A stretch of DNA of 64,000 bases from an uncultured Candidatus Saccharibacteria bacterium (GCA_964554805.1 CAZKPX010000003.1:12366-76365), one strand, 5' to 3'; numbered from the stretch's first letter, positions 17,711-27,260 are shown. Notes: generated by a model not told the origin, from the letters alone. Numbers and translations are program-made.

Positions 17711-20113
17711 ATGAAGAATTTGGTAATCGTCGAAAGCCCGGCTAAGGCTAAAACAATTGAAAAGTATTTGGGCAAAGACTTTCAGGTAGTCAGCAGCATG
17801 GGACATATTCGGGCCTTGCCAAGTAAGGATGGGTCAATTGATGTGGCTCATAACTTTGAGCCTATTTTTGAAATTGCTGAGGGTAAATCTAAGGTTATTA
17901 GTGATTTGAAAAAGTTAGTTAAGCAGGCAGATGCGGTGTGGTTGGCTTCGGATGAGGATCGTGAAGGTGAGGCTATTGCCTGGCATTTGGCTGAAGTTTT
18001 GGGATTGGATGTATCTAAGACGCGTCGCATTGTTTTTCATGAAATCACCCAGTTGGCGCTGGAAGAAGCGGTGGCTAGCCCACGGACTATAGATGGGGCG
18101 TTGGTTGAGGCTCAACAGGCTCGCCAAGCTTTGGATTATTTGGTGGGATTTGAATTGAGTCCGGTGTTGTGGCGCAAGGTTCGACCGTCATTGAGTGCCG
18201 GCCGTGTTCAATCAGTGGCGGTGCGGTTGATTGTGGAGCGGGAACGAGAGTTGGATGAATTTGCTGCCGAAGCCTCGTTCAAGGTCAAAGCGACCTTTTT
18301 GTTGAATGATGGCAGTGAGATGGTGGCTGAGTCGCCTAAAAAACATAGCTTTGAAAGCGCCAGAAAGGCCCTAGAAACCTTTATTGGTAGTAGTTTTACT
18401 ATAGAGGCGGTTGAGAAAAAACCAGGCACTAGAAGTCCTGGAGCGCCTTTTACGACTAGTACATTACAGCAGGAAGCCAGCAATAAGCTAGGGTATAGTC
18501 CGCGGTCAACTATGCAGTTGGCTCAGAGATTATATGAAGCGGGTCATATTACGTATATGCGTACCGACTCTGTAAATCTGTCTAAACAAGCTTTGGCGGC
18601 TATGACTGATCACATTAAGGGGCAATACGGAGATTCTTACCATCAATTTCGTACGTATGCTACCAAGTCGGCTGGCGCTCAGGAGGCTCACGAAGCCATT
18701 CGTCCAACTAATGTGGCTGTTGAGCGAGTTGGGGCTGATGAGCAGCAGCAGAAGCTGTATAACTTGATTTGGCGTCGAGCCGTGGCGAGTCAGATGGCCT
18801 CAGCCCAATTAGAAAAGACTACCATTAGTATTGTGCCAAGTCGTGATCCGAAAGAAACTTTGGAAGCTAAGGGTGAAGTTGTGATCTTTGATGGCTTTTT
18901 GAAAGTCTACGGTCGAAGTGGGGATGATACGTTGTTACCGCCGGTGGCGGTGGGTGATGGGGTGGATTTGAAGTCGGCTGAAGCTATGGAGTCGTTGAGT
19001 CGTGGCCCGGCACGTTATACTGAAGCATCTTTGGTGCGGAAGTTGGAGGAGATGGGTATTGGCCGTCCGAGCACCTACGCCAGCACTATCAGCACCATTC
19101 AAAGTCGAGGCTATGTGGAGCGAGGCGATATTGAGGGTGAGGAGCGTCAATTGCGCAAGCTGCGTTTGGAAAAAGAAACTATTTCAGAATCGACCGAGCT
19201 GACAATGTATGGTAAGGACACTAATAAGCTGTTTCCGACAGATACCGGTTTGGTTGTAACTGACTTTTTGGTTAAGCATTTTTCTGAAGTGATGGAGTAT
19301 GACTTCACTAAGACGATTGAGGAGCAATTGGATGAGATCGCCGAGGGGGCTAAGGATAGAGTCGCTGTGCTGCGCGATTTTTATACGCCATTCCATAAAT
19401 TGGTAGAACAGAGCGGTGATATTAGTCGCGCCGAAGCTACGCAAGCTCGTAAATTGGGTGATGATCCGAAGACTGGCTTGCCTATTTATGCTCGCTATGG
19501 ACGATATGGAGCGATGCTGCAAAAAGGGGAAAAGGATGAAAATCCTGGCGACCCCAAGCCATTGTTTGCTCCATTGCCGGCTGGTAGTTCAATCAATTCG
19601 GTAACTTTGGATCAAGCTTTGGAGATGTTTAAGCTGCCTCGTTTGGTGGGGATGACTGAGGATGGCCGTGAGATTAAGGCCAATATTGGCCGATTTGGTC
19701 CGTATATTTTGATTGATAAGACTTTTGTATCAATTAAACCGCTTGATCCGATCAGCATTACTGAGGCTGAAGCTCGGGAATTATATGCTGAGAAGCTGAA
19801 GAAGGATGCTGAGAAGTATATCGCGACCTTTGGTGATATCCAGGTATTGAATGGCCGTTTTGGACCGTATGTGACTGATGGATCGGCTAATGCCAAGATT
19901 GCCAAAGATACCGATCCGAAGACTATTACTGAAGAGCAAGCCAAGGCTTTGTTGGCAGCGGTGCCTGCTTATAAGCGGAAGAAGACGGCTAAGAAGGTTG
20001 TTAGGCGAGTGGATAAGGTTGCCGCTAAGACGGCTAAGACTACAAAAGCAGCTAAGAAGGCGCCAGCCAAGGCTAAAAAAACCACGACTAAGACTACAAA
20101 AACTAAGAAATAG
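17711..20113 (+). CDS. topA: DNA topoisomerase I, with a Lys/Thr/Ala-rich C-terminal tail and no zinc ribbons
   Basis: MKNLVIVESPAKAKTIEKYLG TOPRIM start; catalytic Tyr region ...GHITYMRTDS. Confidence 0.9.
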   Translation: MKNLVIVESPAKAKTIEKYLGKDFQVVSSMGHIRALPSKDGSIDVAHNFEPIFEIAEGKSKVISDLKKLVKQADAVWLASDEDREGEAIAWHLAEVLGLDVSKTRRIVFHEITQLALEEAVASPRTIDGALVEAQQARQALDYLVGFELSPVLWRKVRPSLSAGRVQSVAVRLIVERERELDEFAAEASFKVKATFLLNDGSEMVAESPKKHSFESARKALETFIGSSFTIEAVEKKPGTRSPGAPFTTSTLQQEASNKLGYSPRSTMQLAQRLYEAGHITYMRTDSVNLSKQALAAMTDHIKGQYGDSYHQFRTYATKSAGAQEAHEAIRPTNVAVERVGADEQQQKLYNLIWRRAVASQMASAQLEKTTISIVPSRDPKETLEAKGEVVIFDGFLKVYGRSGDDTLLPPVAVGDGVDLKSAEAMESLSRGPARYTEASLVRKLEEMGIGRPSTYASTISTIQSRGYVERGDIEGEERQLRKLRLEKETISESTELTMYGKDTNKLFPTDTGLVVTDFLVKHFSEVMEYDFTKTIEEQLDEIAEGAKDRVAVLRDFYTPFHKLVEQSGDISRAEATQARKLGDDPKTGLPIYARYGRYGAMLQKGEKDENPGDPKPLFAPLPAGSSINSVTLDQALEMFKLPRLVGMTEDGREIKANIGRFGPYILIDKTFVSIKPLDPISITEAEARELYAEKLKKDAEKYIATFGDIQVLNGRFGPYVTDGSANAKIAKDTDPKTITEEQAKALLAAVPAYKRKKTAKKVVRRVDKVAAKTAKTTKAAKKAPAKAKKTTTKTTKTKK

Positions 20114-20171
20114 ATTTGTTGCAAAATTAAGTACATACCATTTGATCAAAAGTGGTTGATTTGATTGTAGC

Positions 20172-20200
20172 TTGACTAAATAATGCTTGAGAGCTATAAA
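20172..20200 (+). promoter_or_regulatory. sigma70-like promoter (TTGACT-17-TATAAA)
   Basis: hexamers at 20172-20177 and 20195-20200, 60 nt upstream of the 20260 ORF. Confidence 0.5.
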
Positions 20201-20259
20201 GGCTGTACTCTCCTGGCGGCTGGCTTGGAGATAGTTAGACATTTGATGGAGTAGCATGG

Positions 20260-20637
20260 ATGGCAAGAGCAGTATCTCGTGGTGTATCTGCTGGTGGACG
20301 CCATATGGGTAAATTCCCTGGAAAACCAGATCTTGGCCCCAAGACTCTACCAGAGGATGATTGCGTCGACAGCAGATCATCGGTGGCTGCGCAGCGGCTG
20401 ATCCACAAAGAATCGATTGCCAGTCATGATGCTGAGCGCAGATTCACAGAAGCGGCTCGAGAGATTGGGCGCTTGATCGGGGTTGGGAAGATTGCAGGAG
20501 ACACCCTTTTGCTTCTACAAGCCGAATGCAAAGGCGGAGATCTGTGTGTTCGAAGCTTGAGCAAGAAATTCAACCTCGGGGATTTGTCTCCGAAGCTTGA
20601 CTTTTCGGACCTTGATGAAGCTATCGATAATCAATGA
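20260..20637 (+). CDS. hypothetical protein (125 aa), GC-elevated cassette
   Basis: ORF with a GGAG ribosome-binding site; no recognisable motif. Confidence 0.45.
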   Translation: MARAVSRGVSAGGRHMGKFPGKPDLGPKTLPEDDCVDSRSSVAAQRLIHKESIASHDAERRFTEAAREIGRLIGVGKIAGDTLLLLQAECKGGDLCVRSLSKKFNLGDLSPKLDFSDLDEAIDNQ

Positions 20638-20655
20638 ACGTGGAGGGAGGCTACT

Positions 20656-20880
20656 ATGCATGCTGGCTCATCCAGACCAGTTCCGAAAGGAAGACCTCAA
20701 AAGCCACGTGATGGCGAGTCTCGCGCACTTGGCGTTGATTTTAGCCGTCTTCGACGCCAACATAGGCAGGATCCTCCAGATTTCGGGGAGAATGACAATG
20801 TGCGAGAATTGTTGCAGGCTGGTGGCTTACGGACATATATACGTGAACTGAGGGACAGAGAGCTCGAACCCTTGGAGTGA
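20656..20880 (+). CDS. hypothetical protein (74 aa), charged
   Basis: ORF immediately downstream of and co-directional with the 20260 ORF. Confidence 0.35.
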   Translation: MHAGSSRPVPKGRPQKPRDGESRALGVDFSRLRRQHRQDPPDFGENDNVRELLQAGGLRTYIRELRDRELEPLE

Positions 20881-20909
20881 CAGCCAGGCTGTCGGACGGA
20901 GGAGACATT

Positions 20910-20950
20910 AAGGCGATTATCAACGAAGATAATCGCCTTTTGTCATTTTT
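20910..20950 (+). terminator. rho-independent terminator (AAGGCGATTAT-loop-ATAATCGCCTT-TTGTCATTTTTA)
   Basis: 11-bp perfect stem followed by a T-run. Confidence 0.7.
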
Positions 20951-21055
20951 ATTAATACTTTGCCAAGGATTGGCTAATGTAAAGAAGAAGCCTGATAAGA
21001 AAAAGCGATCTTCTAACCAGCGGATTGACAAGAGTCAGATTTCGCTCAAATATAA

Positions 21056-21085
21056 TTGACATTAACCTATAGTTTGCGATATACT
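21056..21085 (+). promoter_or_regulatory. sigma70-like promoter (TTGACA-18-TATACT)
   Basis: consensus -35, and a -10 variant that recurs across this window. Confidence 0.55.
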
Positions 21086-21139
21086 CAAGATTGATCACAG
21101 CGAATCCTTTTCGAAGTAGATTGTCACCAGTGAGGAGCA

Positions 21140-21523
21140 GTGAGAATGGCGAGGCGAACGAATTTGGTTGGCGGCGGGCGGGCAGAGCAGTTGTCCGGTA
21201 TGCGCAATAACGTTCAGCGCACCTCTGTCGGCGCCGACGGAAGAGTTTTTATCGAGACTGATCAAATGACGGGTTGGGTTAACCCAATTGAGTCGGCAAT
21301 TGGTGAGGATGATCCTCCTGCAGAGCGACAGCGGCTCTCTGTGCGCCAGCTGACTTTGCTTGGCGAGATTAAAGATCTTAAAAAGGAGATTCGTAAGAAG
21401 GCTGCCTATCCATCAGTCACGGTTAGTCTAGGGCAACTCCTGAGTAACCGCGAGGCTGAGTTGCTTCGGGTCAAGAGCCAGATCGATGAGATTGATCAGC
21501 AAGAGGCTGAAGCGCGTCTTTAG
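21140..21523 (+). CDS. hypothetical protein (127 aa) with a C-terminal coiled-coil-like region
   Basis: ORF downstream of the promoter at 21056. Confidence 0.45.
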   Translation: MRMARRTNLVGGGRAEQLSGMRNNVQRTSVGADGRVFIETDQMTGWVNPIESAIGEDDPPAERQRLSVRQLTLLGEIKDLKKEIRKKAAYPSVTVSLGQLLSNREAELLRVKSQIDEIDQQEAEARL

Positions 21524-21676
21524 CAGGAGCTAGAGGCGCTTTTTAGCACTATCTGGCCAGGTTTGTGAAAAGGAGAGTTGTGGGGCGGTTGTTTTTGGAC
21601 GACCGCCCTTTTCCATTTTTTAAAATATAAAAACTCAATCAGAATACAGCCATACTTGCTTGATGGGTGTACAATA

Positions 21677-22153
21677 ATGTCTGAGAAAAGGAAGGCTGCC
21701 CGATTGGTGGTGGTCTTGGAGGCAAGTCGAAGGAGACTTGAGATGCGTGACGCGCAGTTAGTTGTTCTGGATGTGTCTGAAAAGACGGGTATGATACGGG
21801 CAACCTTTGATCCGTGGGTTTTTGCTGAAGTACCACTGACCACCGGTTGTTGGTCGGTGCGCCAATTCACTCCATCAGTGGAGGACGAGGCGTACCGTAC
21901 AGTGGGCTGGTCGAAAATCCTTGAGTCTTTGGATCGGGCTCAGCTGCTATTGGGCCTGAAGTACTATGTTCCCGAGATCGGCGGGATTTGTTTTCAGGGC
22001 TTGAGCTTCGATGAGATCGACGGGGCTCGGGAGACTGTTGAAATTTCCCTTGACCCGGAGCTAATCAATGATGAAGTTGTCTTGTGCCAGTTGCGGGATG
22101 GATTTCGGCAGGGTTTGCAAGCTGTCGATGTGGAATTCAATTTTGTCGTCTAG
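21677..22153 (+). CDS. hypothetical protein (158 aa)
   Basis: in-frame ATG at 21677 preceded by TACAAT; the longer track ORF begins inside the upstream terminator region. Confidence 0.4.
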   Translation: MSEKRKAARLVVVLEASRRRLEMRDAQLVVLDVSEKTGMIRATFDPWVFAEVPLTTGCWSVRQFTPSVEDEAYRTVGWSKILESLDRAQLLLGLKYYVPEIGGICFQGLSFDEIDGARETVEISLDPELINDEVVLCQLRDGFRQGLQAVDVEFNFVV

Positions 22154-22188
22154 CCTTGAGAGATTGGGCGACTAGGATGAGGACGAAC

Positions 22189-22227
22189 GGGCCCGGCGGT
22201 GAATTCTGCCGGGTCCTTTGACGTTTT
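22189..22227 (+). terminator. rho-independent terminator (GGGCCCGGCGG-loop-GCCGGGTCC-TTTGACGTTTT)
   Basis: GC-rich stem followed by a T-run. Confidence 0.65.
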
Positions 22228-22427
22228 GAGGTTGAATATAAGTTGAATAAGGTTGAATGTTGTGGTATATTCCGTCTGGTCATTTGCTTCCGTCGGCTGG
22301 CGGAAGTGAAAGGCCAATACTCACATCTCATACAGGATCTTCTGCGTTGATTGAGATTATCTTCAATGGCGTTTACCTGAGATGGCGGTTCCCGAATGGG
22401 AAGTTATTACAAGAAGGGGGCATATTA

Positions 22428-23228
22428 ATGTCTAAAATTTCTATGAAAGACCTGCTTGAAGCAGGCGTTCACTTTGGTCACCAGTCTAAACGCTGGAACC
22501 CTAAAATGAAGCAGTATATCTTCACTGCTCGCAATGGTGTGCATGTAATCGACTTGGCCAAAACTGTGCCAGCTATGGATGAAGCATATACTTTTGTTCG
22601 TGATTTGACAGCTAATGGCGGCCAGATTATCTTTGTTGGCTCCAAGAAGCAGGCCCGTCACATTGTGACTGAAGAAGCTAAGCGGGTTGGAGCAATGTAT
22701 GTGACTGAGCGTTGGTTGGGTGGTTTGTTGACTAACTTTGATTCTATTAAGAAGTCTCTGAAGAAGTTGGAAACACTAAAGGCTCAAAAAGAAAATGGCT
22801 CTTTGAAGAGTTACACTAAGAAAGAACAAGCAATTGTTGACCACGAAATCGCTCGTCTGGAGCGTTTGTTGGGTGGTATCTCTGAATTGCGTCAGTTGCC
22901 ACAAGCATTGTTTATTATCGATCCTCATAAGGAAGATATTGCTGTCGCAGAAGCTAAATTGGTTGGTATTCCTGTAGTAGCTGTTGTTGATACAAACTGT
23001 GATCCGTCAGTTATCAACTTTCCAATCCCAGGCAACGACGATGCTTTGAAGTCAATTCGTTTGTTTGTTAAGAATATTGCCGATGCGGTTGAAGAGGGTA
23101 AGAAGCAGCGTCAAGTAGCTAGTGATAAGGCTGCGGCTGAAGCTGGTGAAAAGCGCGAAGAGAAGGCTAAGGAAGAAAAAGTAGAAGTAAAAGTAGAAGT
23201 AGAAGTAAAAGAAGAAGCAGCTGCTTAG
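22428..23228 (+). CDS. rpsB: 30S ribosomal protein S2 with a low-complexity [13 protein letters not shown] tail
   Basis: [27 protein letters not shown]; AAGGGGG ribosome-binding site; the tail is encoded by GTAGAAG/GTAAAAG heptamers at 23180-23215. Confidence 0.9.
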   Translation: MSKISMKDLLEAGVHFGHQSKRWNPKMKQYIFTARNGVHVIDLAKTVPAMDEAYTFVRDLTANGGQIIFVGSKKQARHIVTEEAKRVGAMYVTERWLGGLLTNFDSIKKSLKKLETLKAQKENGSLKSYTKKEQAIVDHEIARLERLLGGISELRQLPQALFIIDPHKEDIAVAEAKLVGIPVVAVVDTNCDPSVINFPIPGNDDALKSIRLFVKNIADAVEEGKKQRQVASDKAAAEAGEKREEKAKEEKVEVKVEVEVKEEAAA

Positions 23229-23378
23229 CTCTAGTTCTCATTGTTGTCATTGCGAGGAGTGTGATGACGCGGCAATCTAGCCTTAATATAAACTGGATTG
23301 CCGCTCCGCCAGTTGGCGGATCGCAATGACAAAAAGATGATAACCAAGACATATCTAATACCTGAAAGGACTTAAGAA

Positions 23379-23834
23379 ATGGCATTGAACACTGAATTAA
23401 TTAAAGAACTTCGCGAGAAGACTGGGGCTGGTATCATGGATGCTAAGCAAGCTCTGGAAGAGTCTGGTCAGGATATGGCTCAGGCTGAAGAGTGGTTGAA
23501 GCAAAAGGGTTTGGCTTCGGCTGCTAAAAAGGGTGACCGCGAAACCAAGCAGGGTCTGGTGGAAACCTATATTCATAATGGTCGCATTGGGGCTATGGTT
23601 GAAGTGAACTGCGAAACTGATTTTGTGGCTAAGACTGAAGATTTTCAGACTTTGGCTAAGAATATTGCTTTTCAGGTAGTATCGATGGATCCTGAAACTG
23701 TTGAAGAACTGCTGAAGCAGGACTTCATCAAGGATCCTAGTACTTCAATTGAAGACTTGATCAAGGCTGCTATTGCTAAATTGGGTGAAAATATTGTGGT
23801 GGGGCGTTTTGTTCGGTATGAATTAGGCGCTTAA
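23379..23834 (+). CDS. tsf: elongation factor Ts, short 151-aa form
   Basis: MALNTELIKELREKTGAGIMDAKQAL N-terminal UBA-like domain, then ...EVNCETDFVAKTEDF. Confidence 0.85.
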   Translation: MALNTELIKELREKTGAGIMDAKQALEESGQDMAQAEEWLKQKGLASAAKKGDRETKQGLVETYIHNGRIGAMVEVNCETDFVAKTEDFQTLAKNIAFQVVSMDPETVEELLKQDFIKDPSTSIEDLIKAAIAKLGENIVVGRFVRYELGA

Positions 23835-23920
23835 GAATCGCAGGAGCTAGGTCTTAGGATTTAGGTATTAAAAGCGCCTCTCGAAAGGAGGTGCTTTTGG
23901 TTTACTTTTGCCTGATGTCA

Positions 23921-23962
23921 TTGCGAGGATCCGCCAGCTGGCGGATCCTCGCAATGACGTAG
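23921..23962. repeat. perfect 42-bp palindrome GTCATTGCGAGGATCCGCCAGCTGGCGGATCCTCGCAATGAC (REP-like family)
   Basis: the sequence equals its reverse complement; it contains the CCGCCAGCTGGCGG core. Confidence 0.85.
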
Positions 23963-24031
23963 TGTGTGGCCATTTGCCTTCTTCTTGCATGTCTCTTCTA
24001 TCTTCGGATTGGATATGCGATAATAGGGATT

Positions 24032-24589
24032 ATGAGCGAACAGATTATTCAGCAAGCAAAACAAAAAATGCAACAGAGCTTTGAAGCTTTTGAGCGAGAT
24101 ATGTCAACTGTCCGTACCGGCAGAGCCGCGCCAAGCCTGATCGAAAACTTATCGGTGGAAGCGTATGGTAGCATGATGAAGTTGCAAGAAGTGGCTTCGA
24201 TTACTGCTCCAGAACCGGCTCTTTTGGTGGTGCAGCCTTGGGACGCTTCTTTGGTTGATGTGGTGGCTAAGATGCTACGTACTTCAGATTTTCACTTTAA
24301 TCCAGCCGTCGAGGGGACCGTTATTCGGATACCTCTGCCTCCACTTACTCAAGATCGCCGCCAAGAGATGGTTAAGATGGTTGGCAAAAAGACTGAAGAG
24401 GCCAAGATTAGCGTGCGAAATGTCCGTCAAGATACTTTGACTGCCTTGAAGCGCGCTAAAGAGGGTAGTGAAATTAGCGAGGATGAATTGGCTGGATTTG
24501 AGAAGCGTGTCCAGGATTTGGTTGAGGCTACTAATAAGCAGATTGAGGCGGCAGCTAAGGTTAAAGAACAAGATTTGATGAGTCTTTAG
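24032..24589 (+). CDS. frr: ribosome recycling factor
   Basis: MSEQIIQQAKQKMQQSFEAFERDMSTVRTGRAAPSLIENLSVEAYG is a typical RRF N-terminus. Confidence 0.9.
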   Translation: MSEQIIQQAKQKMQQSFEAFERDMSTVRTGRAAPSLIENLSVEAYGSMMKLQEVASITAPEPALLVVQPWDASLVDVVAKMLRTSDFHFNPAVEGTVIRIPLPPLTQDRRQEMVKMVGKKTEEAKISVRNVRQDTLTALKRAKEGSEISEDELAGFEKRVQDLVEATNKQIEAAAKVKEQDLMSL

Positions 24590-24759
24590 TCCTAACCCTA
24601 GCGACAGGCGACGCGCGACGGGTACGAGTTATTGATTCATGTAGTTAAGGCTAAATTTACTCGTGCTGGTACTTGAATGAATGGGCTTAGGATAGATTTA
24701 GGCTGGGTGAGGTAGAGTAGACACTGATAAGAAATCTTTATTGGGAAATCTGAGGATTT

Positions 24760-25887
24760 ATGGAAAATATTATTAACACGTTTATTACAGCTAGCATATT
24801 TATTTTTATTTTATTGGTGCTGGTTGTCGTTCATGAGCTAGGTCACTTTTGGGCTGCCAAAAAGGCCGGCATTAAAGTGGAAGAATTTGGGGTTGGTCTG
24901 CCACCTAAGTTGTGGGGTAAGCAGGTCGGTGAGACAGAATATACGGTTAATTTGCTGCCAATTGGCGGTTTTGTGCGGATGTATGGGGAGATGCCTGATG
25001 GGGTGTCGATTAAGGAGGCGACGAGCGACGAGCGACAGGCGACTGGGGATGCTGCGGATGAGAGTCGGGCGTTTACGAGTAAGTCGCCGGCTTGGAGATC
25101 GGTGGTGTTGTTGGCTGGAGTGGCGGCTAACTTGGTGCTGGGAATTGTTATTTTTGGGATCGTTTATACGGTTGGTTTGCCTCAGTATAGTGCGACGCCA
25201 GTTATTAGTGAGGTGAATGAAAATTCTCCGGCAGCCGCGGCTGGTTTGGAGAAAGGGCAGACTATTTTGGCTTTGAATGGGGTGAAATATGATGATATTG
25301 AACCTAGTTTCTCGGCTCAGATCACTGAGTTGAAGGGCCAGGAAGTAGTAATGCGAGTGGCTAATGAAGATGGGACCGAAGAGGATGTAGTTATTACTCC
25401 TCGAACTGAAATTCCAGCTGGGCAAGGGGCTTTGGGTGTGGTAATTGGGGCGGGTGATGTGTATCAGTCTGATGTTGTTCGCTATCCGTTTTGGCAGGCC
25501 GGTTGGGAAGGTACTAAGCAGGCTATTGGCTTTGCGGGCATGATTTTGGGCTCTCTGGGGTCGATGATTGGGGGTTTGAGTCAGGGTAATGTGCCGCAGG
25601 ATTTGGCTGGGCCGGTGGGAATAGCCTCTGTTATCGGTGAGGCTCGGTCGTTTGGTTGGGTGCCGGTTTTGTTCTTTGCTGGAATCATTAGTATCAACCT
25701 GGCTGTGATCAATATATTGCCATTCCCAGCTTTGGACGGTGGTCGGCTAGTATTTGTAGCTATTGAAGCTATTACTCGTCGCAAAGTTAGCCCGAAGGTG
25801 GAAGCGATTGTAAATACAGCTGGCATGGCAGCGCTATTGCTGCTGATTGCGGCAATTACGGTGTCTGATATTAGTAAGTTTTTCTAG
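24760..25887 (+). CDS. rseP: RIP metalloprotease RseP (peptidase M50A with a PDZ domain), short form
   Basis: HELGHFWAAK, GGFVRMYGE and LNILPFPALDGGRL motifs; a GCGACRR array at 25019-25045 encodes KEATSDERQATGD. Confidence 0.8.
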   Translation: MENIINTFITASIFIFILLVLVVVHELGHFWAAKKAGIKVEEFGVGLPPKLWGKQVGETEYTVNLLPIGGFVRMYGEMPDGVSIKEATSDERQATGDAADESRAFTSKSPAWRSVVLLAGVAANLVLGIVIFGIVYTVGLPQYSATPVISEVNENSPAAAAGLEKGQTILALNGVKYDDIEPSFSAQITELKGQEVVMRVANEDGTEEDVVITPRTEIPAGQGALGVVIGAGDVYQSDVVRYPFWQAGWEGTKQAIGFAGMILGSLGSMIGGLSQGNVPQDLAGPVGIASVIGEARSFGWVPVLFFAGIISINLAVINILPFPALDGGRLVFVAIEAITRRKVSPKVEAIVNTAGMAALLLLIAAITVSDISKFF

Positions 25888-25986
25888 CTGCTGCGAATTG
25901 AATATAATACGTAATCTGCTAATTTTGGGCTAATTTACGAATAGGTGAATGTGGCAATATAGTGCTTGTGTAATGTGAATGGGGTG

Positions 25987-25995
25987 TGATATAAC
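25987..25995 (+). promoter_or_regulatory. extended -10 element TGaTATAAC inside the shared motif GGGGTGTGATATA
   Basis: the same 13-mer occurs at 51660-51673 upstream of the 51715 ORF. Confidence 0.35.
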
Positions 25996-26054
25996 TCTTT
26001 GACAGGCAGGGAGCCTGGAGAGTTTGAGATACACTTAAAAAGGAGTGTTGAGGC

Positions 26055-26447
26055 ATGGAAGCATCGAAGTCCAGCTCGGTTGGTCAGTCCACGGCGGTGG
26101 CGGGTTCGGAAAGCCCGTGGACGTCAGAGAAGGGGATGGATGAAGCCTCATCCTTGATCCGTCGCCTTCGTAGCAGCCATTCGGGCGTCAAGGCGGTCAT
26201 TAAGGAGTGCCGGCAAGCTCTGACCATTGTGGCTCGAGGGGAGTATATTCCGGTAGATGAACTGGAATGCTTGTCTCGGCGGTGCCGCTCGCAGGGATCA
26301 ATCTGGATCGACCCAGACTTCAATCGTCTGGCGGATATCCTGGACAAGTTTGCCGATGATGCTTCGAAGCCGGTGGCTTCGGAAGTCCTTGTGCAGGCTG
26401 AGGTTGTATTGTCAGCCAGCGCGGCCAGACAATCCGTGCGCCTGTAG
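26055..26447 (+). CDS. hypothetical protein (130 aa), GC-elevated
   Basis: ORF with an AAAAGGAG ribosome-binding site. Confidence 0.4.
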   Translation: MEASKSSSVGQSTAVAGSESPWTSEKGMDEASSLIRRLRSSHSGVKAVIKECRQALTIVARGEYIPVDELECLSRRCRSQGSIWIDPDFNRLADILDKFADDASKPVASEVLVQAEVVLSASAARQSVRL

Positions 26448-26616
26448 CAGACCGACTCGACTTCTTTGGGCGGGTGTTGGGGAAATTTACCCCGACGCCC
26501 GCCGTTGTCATTTTTATACTGTTAAATTCCCTGCTTGACTGATTTTGAAAAAGTGGTAAAGTGGGTGCTTACCCAAATCGTGGGTTTGAAGGTTTCGAGA
26601 CATAGTGAGGTGTGAT

Positions 26617-27108
26617 ATGCCGGTTGGATCAGACAAATCTGAGGCGGTATGGCGATCCCTGCCGCCTTCTCGCTCATTCCATCCTCGAAAGGGCTGGATG
26701 GCTGGCAAATGGTACGTGACCGCGGATCAGGCTGTGTTCATAGCTGCAGTTTGTGCGGAAGCAAGGCTGGTTTGTCGTAAAGTCGAAAAGCTCCGTCGTG
26801 AAAAAGGAGACCGAGCCTTTCATGACTTGAGATATTCCATCGGCAGGACTCGTCGTTTGGCTGCAGCTGGACAATGGCTAGCTGCGGGCGATTTGCTTGA
26901 TCAGTCATCGACCACTGCAGAGGCTTTAAAGTGTCCAGATGACATTTTGGCTGATCTGGGGTCAATGAAACAGGCCTTTGCTGAGGCATGGCACGATGGC
27001 TTGTTCAAGCCAATCCCGGCTAGCATGCTGCCGAAAAAGGCTGCGATTCGTCGCGGTCCTGACCCAACCGGAGAAGGCTGGCCTCGTACAATGGCTTTGG
27101 CTAGCTAA
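26617..27108 (+). CDS. hypothetical protein (163 aa), GC-elevated
   Basis: ATG at 26617 with a GTGAGG ribosome-binding site; promoter TTGACT-17-TAAAGT at 26537-26565. Confidence 0.4.
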   Translation: MPVGSDKSEAVWRSLPPSRSFHPRKGWMAGKWYVTADQAVFIAAVCAEARLVCRKVEKLRREKGDRAFHDLRYSIGRTRRLAAAGQWLAAGDLLDQSSTTAEALKCPDDILADLGSMKQAFAEAWHDGLFKPIPASMLPKKAAIRRGPDPTGEGWPRTMALAS

Positions 27109-27129
27109 GACAGAAAGAAGATAGACATT

Positions 27130-27166
27130 GAGGCGTTCCAATTGCGGGGCGCCTCTTGTCATTTTT
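27130..27166 (+). terminator. terminator (GAGGCGTTCC-loop-GGGGCGCCTC-TTGTCATTTTTA)
   Basis: stem followed by a T-run; the tail TTGTCATTTTTA also occurs at the 20931 and 26497 terminators. Confidence 0.6.
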
Positions 27167-27260
27167 AGAGTAAGTAACTGAAATTGCATCCGCCAGCTGG
27201 CGGAGTGAGAAGTTTAAATTCGAGCTGCTTGAATGTTTGGCTCTCTGGTATAATGGGCCA

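Noticed and set aside
23167-23385. Minus-strand ORF encoding a poly-Leu stretch ([12 protein letters not shown])
   Set aside because: It is antisense to the rpsB C-terminal GTAGAAG/GTAAAAG heptamer tract; a low-complexity artefact.
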